The notes under the pieces were generated by a model. That model was not told the DNA's origin. It worked only from the letters and a program-made list of their open reading frames with translations, and did no database searches. DNA of 63,608 nt, the filler included, from Octopus bimaculoides (Eukaryota): the NCBI RefSeq assembly GCF_001194135.2. It is 5 parts of 5 records of this genome, joined end to end, with 100 filler letters (N's around TTAATTAATTAA, not from the genome) between each part and the next. Parts side by side here need not be neighbours in the genome. Positions count along the whole stretch, not along the records: positions 34,417 to 63,608 come from NC_068984.1; 4 more parts are not named here. One strand, given 5' to 3'. Positions 41,517 to 53,799 of the stretch are shown one piece after another. The stretch's first letter is position 1, and each line of letters opens with the position of its first letter. The position numbers and the translations under genes were made by a program.

Positions 41517-41517
<1 letters not shown>
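40226..41517 (-). pseudogene. Penelope-like element (Naiad-type): thumb/linker plus GIY-YIG endonuclease, frameshifted, truncated at a gap
   Basis: YDKAIKDAGY; VWIILPF...IGYSLTHNLASII; CDCRNRENCALGNTC; VIYQC...YLGAT; STELSKHIWELK; CYLCINE; LLNLREE...CLH. Confidence 0.85.
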
Positions 41518-41556
<39 letters not shown>

Positions 41557-42500
41557 NNNNNNNNNNNNNNNNNNNNNNNNNNNNNNNNNNNNNNNNNNNN
41601 NNNNNNNNNNNNNNNNNNNNNNNNNNNNNNNNNNNNNNNNNNNNNNNNNNNNNNNNNNNNNNNNNNNNNNNNNNNNNNNNNNNNNNNNNNNNNNNNNNNN
41701 NNNNNNNNNNNNNNNNNNNNNNNNNNNNNNNNNNNNNNNNNNNNNNNNNNNNNNNNNNNNNNNNNNNNNNNNNNNNNNNNNNNNNNNNNNNNNNNNNNNN
41801 NNNNNNNNNNNNNNNNNNNNNNNNNNNNNNNNNNNNNNNNNNNNNNNNNNNNNNNNNNNNNNNNNNNNNNNNNNNNNNNNNNNNNNNNNNNNNNNNNNNN
41901 NNNNNNNNNNNNNNNNNNNNNNNNNNNNNNNNNNNNNNNNNNNNNNNNNNNNNNNNNNNNNNNNNNNNNNNNNNNNNNNNNNNNNNNNNNNNNNNNNNNN
42001 NNNNNNNNNNNNNNNNNNNNNNNNNNNNNNNNNNNNNNNNNNNNNNNNNNNNNNNNNNNNNNNNNNNNNNNNNNNNNNNNNNNNNNNNNNNNNNNNNNNN
42101 NNNNNNNNNNNNNNNNNNNNNNNNNNNNNNNNNNNNNNNNNNNNNNNNNNNNNNNNNNNNNNNNNNNNNNNNNNNNNNNNNNNNNNNNNNNNNNNNNNNN
42201 NNNNNNNNNNNNNNNNNNNNNNNNNNNNNNNNNNNNNNNNNNNNNATATATATATATATATACACAATCTTTTATGCATTTAGATGTTGCAGTCGAATGA
42301 ATGAAACACGTACAAGAATAAAAGAATATATATGTACACACACAAACACACATTGTGTGTATGTATATGCTGGAACACCGCATGTACACACGCACACATA
42401 TATGTGCGTGTACATATATATGCATATGTATATACATATATATATGTGTGTGTGTGTGTGCGTGTGCGTGCGTGTATATATATATACATATATATATATA

Positions 42501-42826
42501 GGAGCACTCCGTCGGATACGACGGCGAGGGTCCCAACTTGATACGATCAACGAAACAGCTTGCTCATAAAACTAACGTGCAAGTGGCTGTGCACTCCACA
42601 GACACGCGTACCCTTAACGTAGTTCTCAAGAAGATTCAGCGTGACACAGAGTGTGACAAGGCCGGCCCTTTGAAATACAGGTACTACTCATTTTTGCCAG
42701 CTGAGTGGACTAGAGCAACGTGAGATAAAGTGTCTTGCTCAAGGACACAACGCGTTGCCGGGAATTGAACTCACGACCTTATGATCGTGATCAGAGTGCA
42801 CTAACCACTAAGCCACGCGCCTTCAC
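42501..42826 (-). mobile_element. SINE family B, full-length copy
   Basis: tRNA-like head GTGAAGGCGCGTGGCTTAGTGGTTAG...GAGTTCAATTCCC, CTTGAGCAAGACAC core and 3' domain. Confidence 0.88.
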
Positions 42827-42990
42827 ACACACACACATACTCATATAGTTATGTTATATTCCGTTAAGAACGTAGCAGAGAACAGTATAAAACTCGTCCA
42901 CCTTAAGATTTCACCCTGTGCTATCCAGTAGTAGTATTATACGCACTTCCAGCCTTGCATTAGGGTTTCTGTAGTGTGTGAATAGATAAT

Positions 42991-43267
42991 TGAAAAAGTT
43001 GTATTCAACAAGAATGAGTGCGGTTGGACATTTATTTGCATTCACTACAATTGTTTCTACGCAATATAGTTCTCCAGAATTGCAGGTACTTGGTTATTCA
43101 ATGGTTTCCTTGCATTATGAGGAAGCACAACTAGATCTCATAGTGCAAGAAAATAGTTGCACAACCAAGTACCTGCAAGCCTGGAGAACTACGTTGCGTA
43201 GAAACAATTGTAAGGATTGTAAATAAATGTCCAACCGTACACCTTCTTTTTGACTCCAACTTTTTCA
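42991..43267. mobile_element. 277-bp foldback (palindromic) MITE-like element
   Basis: About 131-bp inverted arms at roughly 80% identity around a 15-nt loop (43122-43136); termini TGAAAAAGTTG / CAACTTTTTCA. Confidence 0.75.
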
Positions 43268-43299
43268 TATACATGTGTATTTGTGTGTGTGTATGTGTG

Positions 43300-43460
43300 T
43301 ATGCATCTGGAGTGGATGAGCAGCCGACAGCTGATGAAGAGTCGTTCTTTATGTTACTTGTCCTGTTTTCCATTTGTTTCTCTCGTTGTTGGCGAATTCA
43401 ACTCATTTGTTTTCTATTTCATGTTGTTTATTGTTTGTGACGTCCTGTACCCATATATGC
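43300..43460 (+). mobile_element. Penelope-like terminal remnant
   Basis: GCTGATGAAG...TTTGTGACGTCCTGTACCCATATATG; same family as 11890-11995. Confidence 0.55.
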
Positions 43461-44290
43461 ATATATATATATATATATATANNNNNNNNNNNNNNNNNNN
43501 NNNNNNNNNNNNNNNNNNNNNNNNNNNNNNNNNNNNNNNNNNNNNNNNNNNNNNNNNNNNNNNNNNNNNNNNNNNNNNNNNNNNNNNNNNNNNNNNNNNN
43601 NNNNNNNNNNNNNNNNNNNNNNNNNNNNNNNNNNNNNNNNNNNNNNNNNNNNNNNNNNNNNNNNNNNNNNNNNNNNNNNNNNNNNNNNNNNNNNNNNNNN
43701 NNNNNNNNNNNNNNNNNNNNNNNNNNNNNNNNNNNNNNNNNNNNNNNNNNNNNNNNNNNNNNNNNNNNNNNNNNNNNNNNNNNNNNNNNNNNNNNNNNNN
43801 NNNNNNNNNNNNNNNNNNNNNNNNNNNNNNNNNNNNNNNNNNNNNNNNNNNNNNNNNNNNNNNNNNNNNNNNNNNNNNNNNNNNNNNNNNNNNNNNNNNN
43901 NNNNNNNNNNNNNNNNNNNNNNNNNNNNNNNNNNNNNNNNNNNNNNNNNNNNNNNNNNNNNNNNNNNNNNNNNNNNNNNNNNNNNNNNNNNNNNNNNNNN
44001 NNNNNNNNNNNNNNNNNNNNNNNNNNNNNNNNNNNNNNNNNNNNNNNNNNNNNNNNNNNNNNNNNNNNNNNNNNNNNNNNNNNNNNNNNNNNNNNNNNNN
44101 NNNNNNNNNNNNNNNNNNNNNNNNNNNNNNNNNNNNNNNNNNNNNNNNNNNNNNNNNNNNNNNNNNNNNNNNNNNNNNNNNNNNNNNNNNNNNNNNNNNN
44201 NNNNNNNNNNNNNNNNNNNNNNNNNNNNNNNNNNNNNNNNNNNNNNNNNNNNNNNNNNNNNNNNNNNNNNNNNNNNNNNNNNNNNNNNNN

Positions 44291-44325
<35 letters not shown>

Positions 44326-45367
44326 TGCGTGTATGCCTGCATTCGCGCGAGCGTGTGTGTATGGTTGTCCTTGGTATGCATTCCCATAGAGGGGCTCTGG
44401 TACCGAAGTTTCAGGAGTTTTGAGGAATATGGAATCACCTCTTGATAATTATTGTTCCCAAGTCTACTCTTCTCCGGAGTAGTAGCACTTGTCAGGGTTC
44501 TAGGTATGGGTTAGCATGTGAACTGCTAGGAGTGAAGGAAGGTACTCGAGGTCTTGGTAGAATTTACTTCCAGAAGGTACAAGATATACCCTTAAAAAAA
44601 AATATCCTTAAGTGCAGTTGGTTTCTGGTCGTCTCAACCTCCTCTATTTTGCCACTGACTTGATAGTTGATTGCTCTGAAAAGTGAGTCCCGTGTTGTGC
44701 AACACTTCATTTTATTCACTCAAAACAAATTCATACACAAGAACCTTCTTGTACTTTCAGAGCTTTTGGAAGGACTTACTGAGTTAAAGTCTTATTTGGT
44801 CATGGGTCGACTTCTAAATAGGTATATTTCTAATATACTTCTACGTCCTGAATTCATTATTTAGAGACGTTTCCATTCTGTTCTATTTATCTTTTCTTTA
44901 CTATTTTGTTAACTAGATTCAATCTGTAAATGATGATTATAGTTATCTCCCTGATTACAAATCTCTCTCTATTTCATATCTGGCACTAATTTCTTTTTTA
45001 TCACTAAGCTTCCGTTAAATATTTTCCCTGAACTTCCGGTCTTTTACTTTTCCTTCAATATGAATCCCGAGTTTTATAGGTAACTATGCTATTCTATAGA
45101 TTTATGTCGTTTCTCCTCCCTTCCTACCACAATCAGTTAACATTTTATTTTCTTCAGAAACGCAAAGTATTCTTACAGTTTCTCTGCATGCTTGCATTGA
45201 ATTCGCCATTATAAATTTCAATAATGCTCCCAAAACCGTTCTGTATCCTAGTTTTAGTAAATTGTTTTTGATATATAGCCTTACAATTGATATTTTAATT
45301 CTTTCTTCCCTCGGTCTTTCATGGAATTTAGATTACTCCATGAAACACTGTGAGGCGTTTAATCGTG

Positions 45368-45505
45368 AAGGCGCATAGCCTTGTGATTAGAGTATTGGAT
45401 TTATGAGCATAAACCCGTGGTTTCAATTCTCAGAATGCGCAGGGCCTTGTGTCCGTAGGTTCTTCACTTCAGTTAAAAATGAATACCAGCCGAATACTGA
45501 TACAA
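45368..45505 (+). mobile_element. Degenerate tRNA-SINE head
   Basis: GAAGGCGCATAGCCTTGTGATTAGAG...GGTTTCAATTCTC. Confidence 0.5.
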
Positions 45506-46585
45506 CCCTTCCTGGCTTCTTTCAGCTACCACATCTCCTGCCAGGTCAAGAGAAGAATAACTGAATGTATTTTAGCGAAATCACGTCACATATGCCATAA
45601 GGTCATACTTGCTTTCAAGTGATAACTGTAGTTTAAGGCATTTAACTGTAAGATTCTTATCCGTCTGGGAGAGCCTGCAAAAGTTATAAGCAAACTTTAA
45701 AAATCATTGGTTGTTGATACAGCACCTAAGACTTAATCTTCGGATCGTCAATACAATGGAATGAATTTGATCTTTCTTCTCATTTTTAGATCAATAATAT
45801 AAGTTTAGTACCACCAACTAAAGAAATACTTCTGACTTATTTAATGTCCTTTGTCGTTAAAACCACGTTAAAACCAAGGATGACTATAGTCATCCATATT
45901 GCTTAGTTTGACAGCAATATGGAAGGTCTTAACAAATGAGCGTTGAGCACATCTTTACCTTTAGACTTTAGTATTCACACATGGTAGAAACAGCTGCTCC
46001 ATCGTTCTCTGATTCAAGCTTTTATTGCTACAGTAAACTATAATTCCGACTTAGTCATCTTTGTAATATCATATTTAACAATTATCTTGTTGTTGTTGCC
46101 ATTTCGGTTGAAGCTACTGTTGATCTAGAAGACTTACAAGCAAAAGCGTTCCACCACCGACCATTCAGTATTACTGAATAGTAGCGACCACATTTATCGT
46201 AGTAGCGACCACATTGATCAATGTATTTATCTTATTAAGGCAGTACAGTGTGATTATACATCAGTAGTAGACCGTGTAGTGGTTCCCTCCTTGGTCAGTA
46301 TTCCTCTTTAGCTTCGTTTTGCTTAGCGCTTGATCACATCTGATTGAGCAGACATATGGGTTTTTAAGTAATTGAATTAGCAGTGGTCATTTCATTTAAT
46401 TCAAAATATTACATACTTAAAACTACCTATGAACCACCTTTTAGATTAGCAGGGTATTTAAGATAGATTCGATTTCTCTTTTTTGCAGAAAGAGCAACTA
46501 CGTAGAGGTTCTCTCTCTGGTTTGTATCCATATTTAGTGCTGTTACAGTATGTTCTAAATTTATATCCAAGGGACCACATATTAA

Positions 46586-46647
<62 letters not shown>

Positions 46648-47212
46648 GCACATTCAGAAGTACACTTCTGTACTATTTCTGTTTGTCCTACATTTTCTGC
46701 ACTATTTAGACACTTGGTAAACATATGGCATTTATTTTAACAATCAATGCTCATGTATGATATATGTATATGTGTATGCATATGTATATGCTGACATACG
46801 CTCGCACGCACACACTCAAACACGCACACACTCAAACACGCACACGCACACACACTCATATACATGCATAAATATGTACATATTTGTTAGTGCGTGTATC
46901 TGGTGTATGTATATGTTACCTTCAAAAAAATTCTAAGCGCACATACTGTACTAACGCGTAAATGAAAAAAAGAAACTCGAAGAAATAGGACGCACGCACA
47001 CCCACCTGTGCACGTAAATACCCACATACACAGGCATATAAACAAACACATTTGTGTGTGTGTGTGTGTGTGTGTGGCGCGTGTATGCCTGCGTGTGTGT
47101 GTAGTGTCTGATATGATGTATAATTTGATGTACCAACGATGTATGCTAAAAAGGAATATGAATCGCCCTCAGGGTCTTGGGCCCTTGCAATATATATCAA
47201 AGAAATCATCAC

Positions 47213-47267
<55 letters not shown>

Positions 47268-47276
47268 CACATTATT

Positions 47277-47715
47277 AAGGCGGCGAGCTGGTAGAACCAT
47301 TAGTACGCTTGCGAAATGCGGTATTTCGTCTATCAAATTCCGCCGAGGTCGACTTTGCCTTTCATCCTTTGGGAGTTAATAAATTAAGTACCAGTCTAGT
47401 ACTGGGGGTCAATGTGATCTATTGTACCCCTCCACACAAAGATCCAGGCCTTGTGCCAATAGCAGAAAGGATTATTATTATTATTATCATTATTTAAGGC
47501 GGCGAACTGGTAGAATCGTTAGCGCGCTGGACGAAATCCTTAGCAGTATTTGGCCAGTGGCTACATTCTGAGTTCAATTTCCGCCGAGATAGACTTTGCC
47601 TTTCATCCTTTCGGGGTCGATAAAACAAGTACCAAACTAAAAAAAATGAGCACAGGGGTCGACTGAACCATTGAAAGCCGTGCCCCAAGCATGCCCGTAA
47701 TTCAATGAAATAAAT
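47277..47715 (+). mobile_element. Two head-to-tail SINE family C copies (47277-47470 and 47497-47715) separated by (ATT)n
   Basis: Both begin TAAGGCGGCGA(G/A)CTGGTAGAA and contain TTCCGCCGAG...GACTTTGCCTTTCATCCTTT. Confidence 0.85.
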
Positions 47716-47814
47716 ATACTCCGACTTAAGTACTGAGTTCATAAAGTTATATATGGAAGCTGCCTTGTCTCTGAAAGCGTTAGTAAACGTTTGTATGTAA
47801 GAGGATGTAAAGAC

Positions 47815-48118
47815 TCGTGGCTTAGTGATTAGGGCAATCGGCTCACTTCTCAATCTAGGCACTGTATTGCTTCTTTGAGCATGTCGCTTTATTTCACGTC
47901 CTTCCAGTCCATTCAGCTGGGAAAAATTAATTGTATCTGTAATTTAAAGAGTTAGCCTTGTCACATTCTGTGAAAACTGCGTGGATCTTCATGAGAAATG
48001 CATGAAGGGTACGCGTGTCTTCAGGGTACTTAGCCAGTTGCGCGTTAATTTCACGAGCAGGCTATTCTGTTAATCGAATCAACTGAAACCCTCGTCGTCA
48101 TAACCGACGGAATGCCAA
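47815..48118 (+). mobile_element. SINE family B copy (degenerate)
   Basis: GTGGCTTAGTGATTAGGG head; CGTTAATTTCACGAGCAGG...CCCTCGTCGTCATAACCGACGG 3' domain. Confidence 0.75.
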
Positions 48119-48690
48119 TATGTACGTGTATAAAATCTCTCAAAAATAAAATCAAAATTTAGCAAGTATTTTAAAACCGCCACAAATCAACTGTCAGATA
48201 CTTTAATTTTTGTTTTTTAATGTTGCCAAAAAAAAAAAAAAAAAAAAAGGAGGGGCGCTGAACGTTGATAAGATACAGCTAGGGCTAACAGCACACGGGG
48301 GTTAAACTAATCTTGAAAATGTGTGAAGTTTAATTGAAGGGTAGACCACACACAACGGGAAGACAGATCTGTCTGAACTTTTTTTTAATTTTGTTTATAG
48401 TTCTGTTTCATCATCGAATACGGAGTATTTCGATTATCCTTATATAGCTTTCTTTACAATACCATGCATTAATTCTCTACACTCGTTACTTTTTCTTCTC
48501 TTTTTATGCAAATAAGTTTTTTAGAGAAAAATAAAGTAATTCGTGATTTTTGCTAACTGAATATAAAGATGACCTTACGTGTGGGAGCTGTCATTTGTCT
48601 TTACTAACTGACAGTGTGAACAGTTCTGTGAAATTTAATGTTTATAATTTAAAATTCAGATGTACTAAAAACAGAAAGAAAGAAAGAAAG

Positions 48691-48731
<41 letters not shown>

Positions 48732-48766
48732 CATCATCATCATCATCATCATCATCATTATTACTA

Positions 48767-48828
<62 letters not shown>

Positions 48829-49802
48829 TCATTTATTGGTCACCAGAACCGACATATAGGGGATAATACAGTAGACGTGGACAGTGGGGATTTTACACAA
48901 AACAACGTACACAAAACAATAACAATATCAAACAAGAAGAATATAACAATGAAAGTTCCCCAGTAGGGGGTGGGGTAACCGCCTGAAGTTGGCTCAGGTA
49001 CCCCATTAATCCTGACGCTTCGAAGGTATCCGGGAAGGGCACCCTTCGCTCTCTCAAATTCACTAGCCTACGGGCGCATTATTAGAGTAGGTCCACTCAC
49101 ACGGGCTATTTTCGCTACATTCACCCACCTTTTGGTAAATGTAGTGGGGGGGGGGGTTAGCACTTCTCTCTCCACCCTCATCTTCCTTACCAAGTGAAAT
49201 TTCAAGAAGGTGATGAGGGATTGGCCGAAAAGAAAAGTGTCCGTACCAATGGAAGACAGCGGATGGATCTTCACTATGGACTCGGTCGATAGCCAGATCC
49301 GTCCTACACGTGATAACAGTTGTTCAACAAAACACCACAAGTCAGTGATGCACGAACACTGGACGAGTGAGTGCAAAACGGTTTCGTCGCTCTGCGCGCA
49401 TCTCGGGCTGACAGCACTTCCGTGTCTGTATAGTTTATCTGACAGCACTTCCGTGTCTGTAGAGTTTATCTCGAACCGGCAGTGACCCCGCCCCGGTAGT
49501 ACTGTCGAGCTAGGGATTTCTGGAAGTTATCCATCATCCCCGGCTTGAAAGTCCTCGTGAACAGACTGGTCAGTTCGACTTCGTCGACGCCTAGCGCGTC
49601 TCCGAGTGCGTCATCGCTCTTTCCCTCCATTAACCCTCTATAGAGCTCTAGAGTGGTTGCACCACTGATCGCATTGCCCGACTGGTAAAGGGCAGTGAGT
49701 GCTTGGCAACATTCCAGATGCCAGTCACCCTGTCCCGAGTTCTTCTTGACTCGGGACTGCAGCTCGGTCATGGAGACGAGCTGAGGAAAGGCATGTTTGA
49801 CA

Positions 49803-51438
49803 AGGTATCTGGTGAGTTTGTCTAAAACAATTCGTCTAAAATACAATTGATCTAAATGCAATTTGTCTAAAACAATTTGTCAAAAACAATTTGTCTAAAA
49901 TATAATTTGTCTCAAAAATAAAAATTGTTTCTTTTTTGATGAATTCGTTGGAAGTAGAAAGGAATAATTGTTTATTTGTGCTATTGAGTATAAATAGTTG
50001 TTTGCAATAATATGCTGTGGAATAAAACTAGTTGTTTGCTAAAAAAAAAACTAGTAGTTTCCTAAAAGAAAAATTCTCATTTGGAATTATTTAAAGTGAA
50101 AAGACCCATAGCCAAAGATCTCTGCTGAATTTACTGAATCAGAGAAAGATCGTGAGTTGGTTGATAATAGACATACATACTATAAGAATTGTGAAAATGG
50201 TGAACGAGTTTATTGGAAGTGCGGAAAATATCCATAAACAAAATGCCGTGTTCGCATAATTTCTGTAGAAGGATAAAACTCTGAAATCTTCCAACGACCA
50301 TAGTCATATATTGGTTGCCGCTGAAATTGCAGCAAAAGAAGCGGTTTCAAAAATACGTCAACTGGCTAAGTCAACACGAGATGCATCCAATTCAGTAATT
50401 TCTAATGTGACAAGACTTAATTTACAGTGTTTATCACTAAGCTGTTACTGGTATGCAGACGGCACATTTAAAACAGTCCCTTTTTGCACGAGATAAAGAA
50501 TCTTGAACAATCATGTGTGCCATTGTCAATAACGATCGATTTTGAGAAAGCGATGATGAAAGCATTTTCGAAAGAATTTCCTAGTGCAGAACAAAACGGT
50601 TGCTTTTTCCACTTCAGCCATTGTATTTTTCGTGTATTTCAAAGTAATAGTTTAAAACGAAAATATGAAATAGACCGTAATTTTGCTTTAGTGATGAGGA
50701 TGCTACCAGCATTAGCATTTGTCCCAGTAGGCACAGTAACAAGAGTATTTGAGTCATTATGTGATAACAACACCTTCCCTGATGAAGCACAAGAAATCAT
50801 TGATTATTTTGAGGATACGTGGACTGAAAAGCCCAACAGAAGGAATGTGCGACGCTCACCTCTCTTCTCACCAAATATGTGGAATATATATTTAAGAGTT
50901 CTTGATGATTTACCCAAAGCAAATACCTCTGTCGAAGGATGGCATCGAGCATTCGAAACCCAAGTTGGGTCTCATCACCCCGACCATCTGGAAATTCATC
51001 AACATTTTACAAAAAGATCAAAGTCTAAGGAAAGCTTGTGTGTTATACCGCGAACGTAATCAATAATATTTTGTGGATTAAAATTTTGAACAATACTTTA
51101 TATTCGTTTTGCAGTGTCTCGAATATAAAGTATTGTTTAAAATTTTAATCCACAAAATATTATTGATTACGTTCGCGGTATAACACACAAGCTTTCCTTT
51201 TAAGATTGAATAAGTCCTTTCAGTAAATATTATCCTTTGTTTTTTTATGCATTTTAAATTAAAATAATCCTAAGGTTTTTATGAATAGTTAACAGCTAGT
51301 TATAAACCCAAAGAATTATAAATTATGAATAAAAAATACGAATTCATTAAAAAGAAAAAAAAATTATTTTTTAGTCAGATTGTGTTTTAGACAAATTGCA
51401 TTTACATCAATTGTATTTTAGACAAACTCGCCTAGACC
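49803..51438 (+). mobile_element. FLYWCH-MULE (Mutator-like) DNA transposon, internally deleted
   Basis: About 100-bp degenerate TIRs built from TTTGTCTAAAA repeats; 9-bp direct repeat TGTTTGACA at 49794-49802 and 51439-51447; VYWKC, WYADGTF, ITIDFE, GCFFH, VEGWH motifs. Confidence 0.92.
51027..51199. mobile_element. 173-bp near-perfect palindromic insertion
   Basis: 80-bp arms (51027-51106 and 51120-51199) with 1 mismatch and a 13-nt loop. Confidence 0.9.
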
Positions 51439-53799
51439 TGTTTGACATACGGCGACCACACTTGTTCATCGTTCCGTCAGAATATCTGGAGAGGTCTGGT
51501 CCGAACCAAATCCCAAGCAATTTTACCAGTCCGTCCATCTAGTGCCAAAACGACGCTGTTGGACGGCATGGACTTGCCTCTCCAGCTACCAAATTGCAAA
51601 CCCACCGACTTTACCGGTTTAAATTTTGCTCCAGTCAACTTTTCATATACTTACAATGACGTTCTGACCACCTCAGTGATGTAGTCCGCATGAGTCGACA
51701 CAACCCATCTGCAGCAGCTCCAGCCTCCGCAGTAGAGGCTCAAAACGTACAGAAGGGAGGAGAGAGGGCACTCTTGACAGACCGGTGGGGAGATCTGAAA
51801 CGGTTCTGAGAAGTGGTCATCAACTTTCACCACCGAGCAGATGCCGCTGTGAATTGCAACGACCCAACCTCTGAAGACGGAGTCGAAGCCAACCTCCAGA
51901 TACCGATGGTCGACCCAATCGAAAGCTTTCGATTGATCAAACTTGATTAGCGCCCCACCGAAGCAATGTTTCCACCCTACCCTTTCTATGATGTACCGCA
52001 TGAGGTGGAAGTTATCGTGTATGGACTTGATTGGTATTGCGCCTCCCCAATCAAATCCTCGACAAGCACTGACCTCTTCGCTAACACCTTGGCCAAAATC
52101 TTAAACTCTAGGTTAAGCAGAGTTATGGGCCTGAAGTTATCTAATGTGTCCCTCTTGTTTTTGTCTTTCCTTATCAGCGTCACTACGCTCCGGCTCACAG
52201 AATTGGAAATACTCCCTTTGCTTCCAGGGCGACCTCAGGCCTCGAACAATTAAAATTCTTACCCTTAATATGGACATGTTGGCATGCTAAAGAGAGAAGG
52301 GAAAGTTTTACTTACCTCCCGCTGTCTTGTGAAGGTCGGGTGGTTCAACTTCCATAATTGGTGGGGTTTTCGGGGAGGGGGGTACCCCTTTAAGAGTTTC
52401 GAAGTGAGTCTCACGTTCGCGGTTCCCACGTCCCCAGGAAAGCTCTCTCGAATTTTTGTGCAGGAATCGAGCGATATTCATACCAGAAGCAAATCTTCTG
52501 GTACACGAAATGTGCTCGATTCGAAAATCACTCCCACCATCATTCAAATTCAAGGTTTTGTGTTACGCGGGCCATCAGTTCTTCATTGTCCCTTCTGATG
52601 AGTACGAAGTTGGGTGTTTTGTGTTGGTGTTGTTTGCTTGCTTGACTGTAGTGGTGATGGTCTTATTGTTGTTTCGGTGGTATCTGCAGTTTTAGATGTT
52701 TGTGTGAGTGTTTGTTCTTGTTTGTTTAGGTTGTTTGCGTCTGGGGGATTCTGGCGACAGTGATGGGATGCTTGCGTGGGTGGTGTTTGTATTTTTTATT
52801 GTGAGTGTTGTTATGCTTTGTAGTTTTTGTTCTGTACTTTCTTTTTTTTTCTTCTTGGGGTGGGGGTGGGAGCTTTTTGGTTTTCCTTCATCTTCACTAC
52901 TGGAGGATAAGAGGTATGCTGTTGTAAGTGCATCTATGTGTATGGTTATATTCTTGTTTATGTGAGTATTTTTGTTTAGTGTAAGGGAGTGACAGAGCTT
53001 TTCTCGTTTCCCCCTAGGGTGGGTAATATCTTTGGTGCTTCGTTTGTTGTTGCTAGTGATTTTGCTAGTGCTGGTGTTGTTTGTGGTCCACGTCTCGGCG
53101 TATCCATCACTGGAGGCCTTTGACCCCTTGCACTTTTTACCAGTTGGAGGCAGCAAACTCGCAAATGAATATTTTCTCCATGTCAGTTCTCATCGCCTCT
53201 ATCGGGGCGGTATCCGTCCCCTCCACAATTACGCATCCCAGAAGACACCACATAACAAGTCCTGGTGGGATTCTACGAATGCGGACAAGTGCTGTACGTT
53301 TCCCCACGTGGAAGGGGTACATAATGACTTTGCTGGGCTTCTGACTTAAAATCACCGAAATGGTGCGGTACTGTTTACCCCTCGCTATGTACTCAGTGTC
53401 ATCTTTGATGCACCTCAGCGTCACTTCAATATATACTTGGGCTATTAAAGTCACTCTTTGTGTCTCTGCTGAGCTGCATCTGAAAAATACCGTTCTGTTC
53501 TTCACTGTTTCAATTGCCTGTGACGGAATAGTTAGGTTTGCCCAGGTTTCTTCTTGTTTAATCAGTTTCCATGCCTGGGTCAACATTTCATCTCTGTTTG
53601 TGATCTCCACGATGAAGCGTTGCTTCTTTTTCGCTGCTGCTGCGAACGTATTTTTGTCGTTGGTAATGTTCTCGTCGTCGTCGTTGTTGTTGTTGTCGTT
53701 GTTCTTCTTGATGTTGGTTTTGTAGCTGTTGCTGTTAAAAAAAGTGGTGGGGAGGATGATAGAGATGTGGCCCTCCTGATACAGGCAGGCCTCTAGAGA

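Larger units (their letters stand above)
48828..53720 (-). mobile_element. L1/Tx1-clade LINE (degenerate ORF1 and deleted ORF2), interrupted by a MULE
   Basis: ORF1-like 53137-53720; RT motifs FRPITLLNLEFKILAKVLA, DQSKAFDWVDH, QECPLSSLLYVL, HADYIT; C-terminal RC..SDETVLHSLVQC; AATAAA then an (AAT)n tail at about 48828. Confidence 0.85.

Noticed and set aside
44395-45100. Possible highly degraded RTE-like LINE
   Set aside because: Only a vague resemblance; no motif could be read convincingly.
49408-49469. 31-bp tandem duplication in Tx1 ORF2
   Set aside because: An ordinary slippage mutation in a dead element (similar to the 21-bp duplication near 46180-46217).
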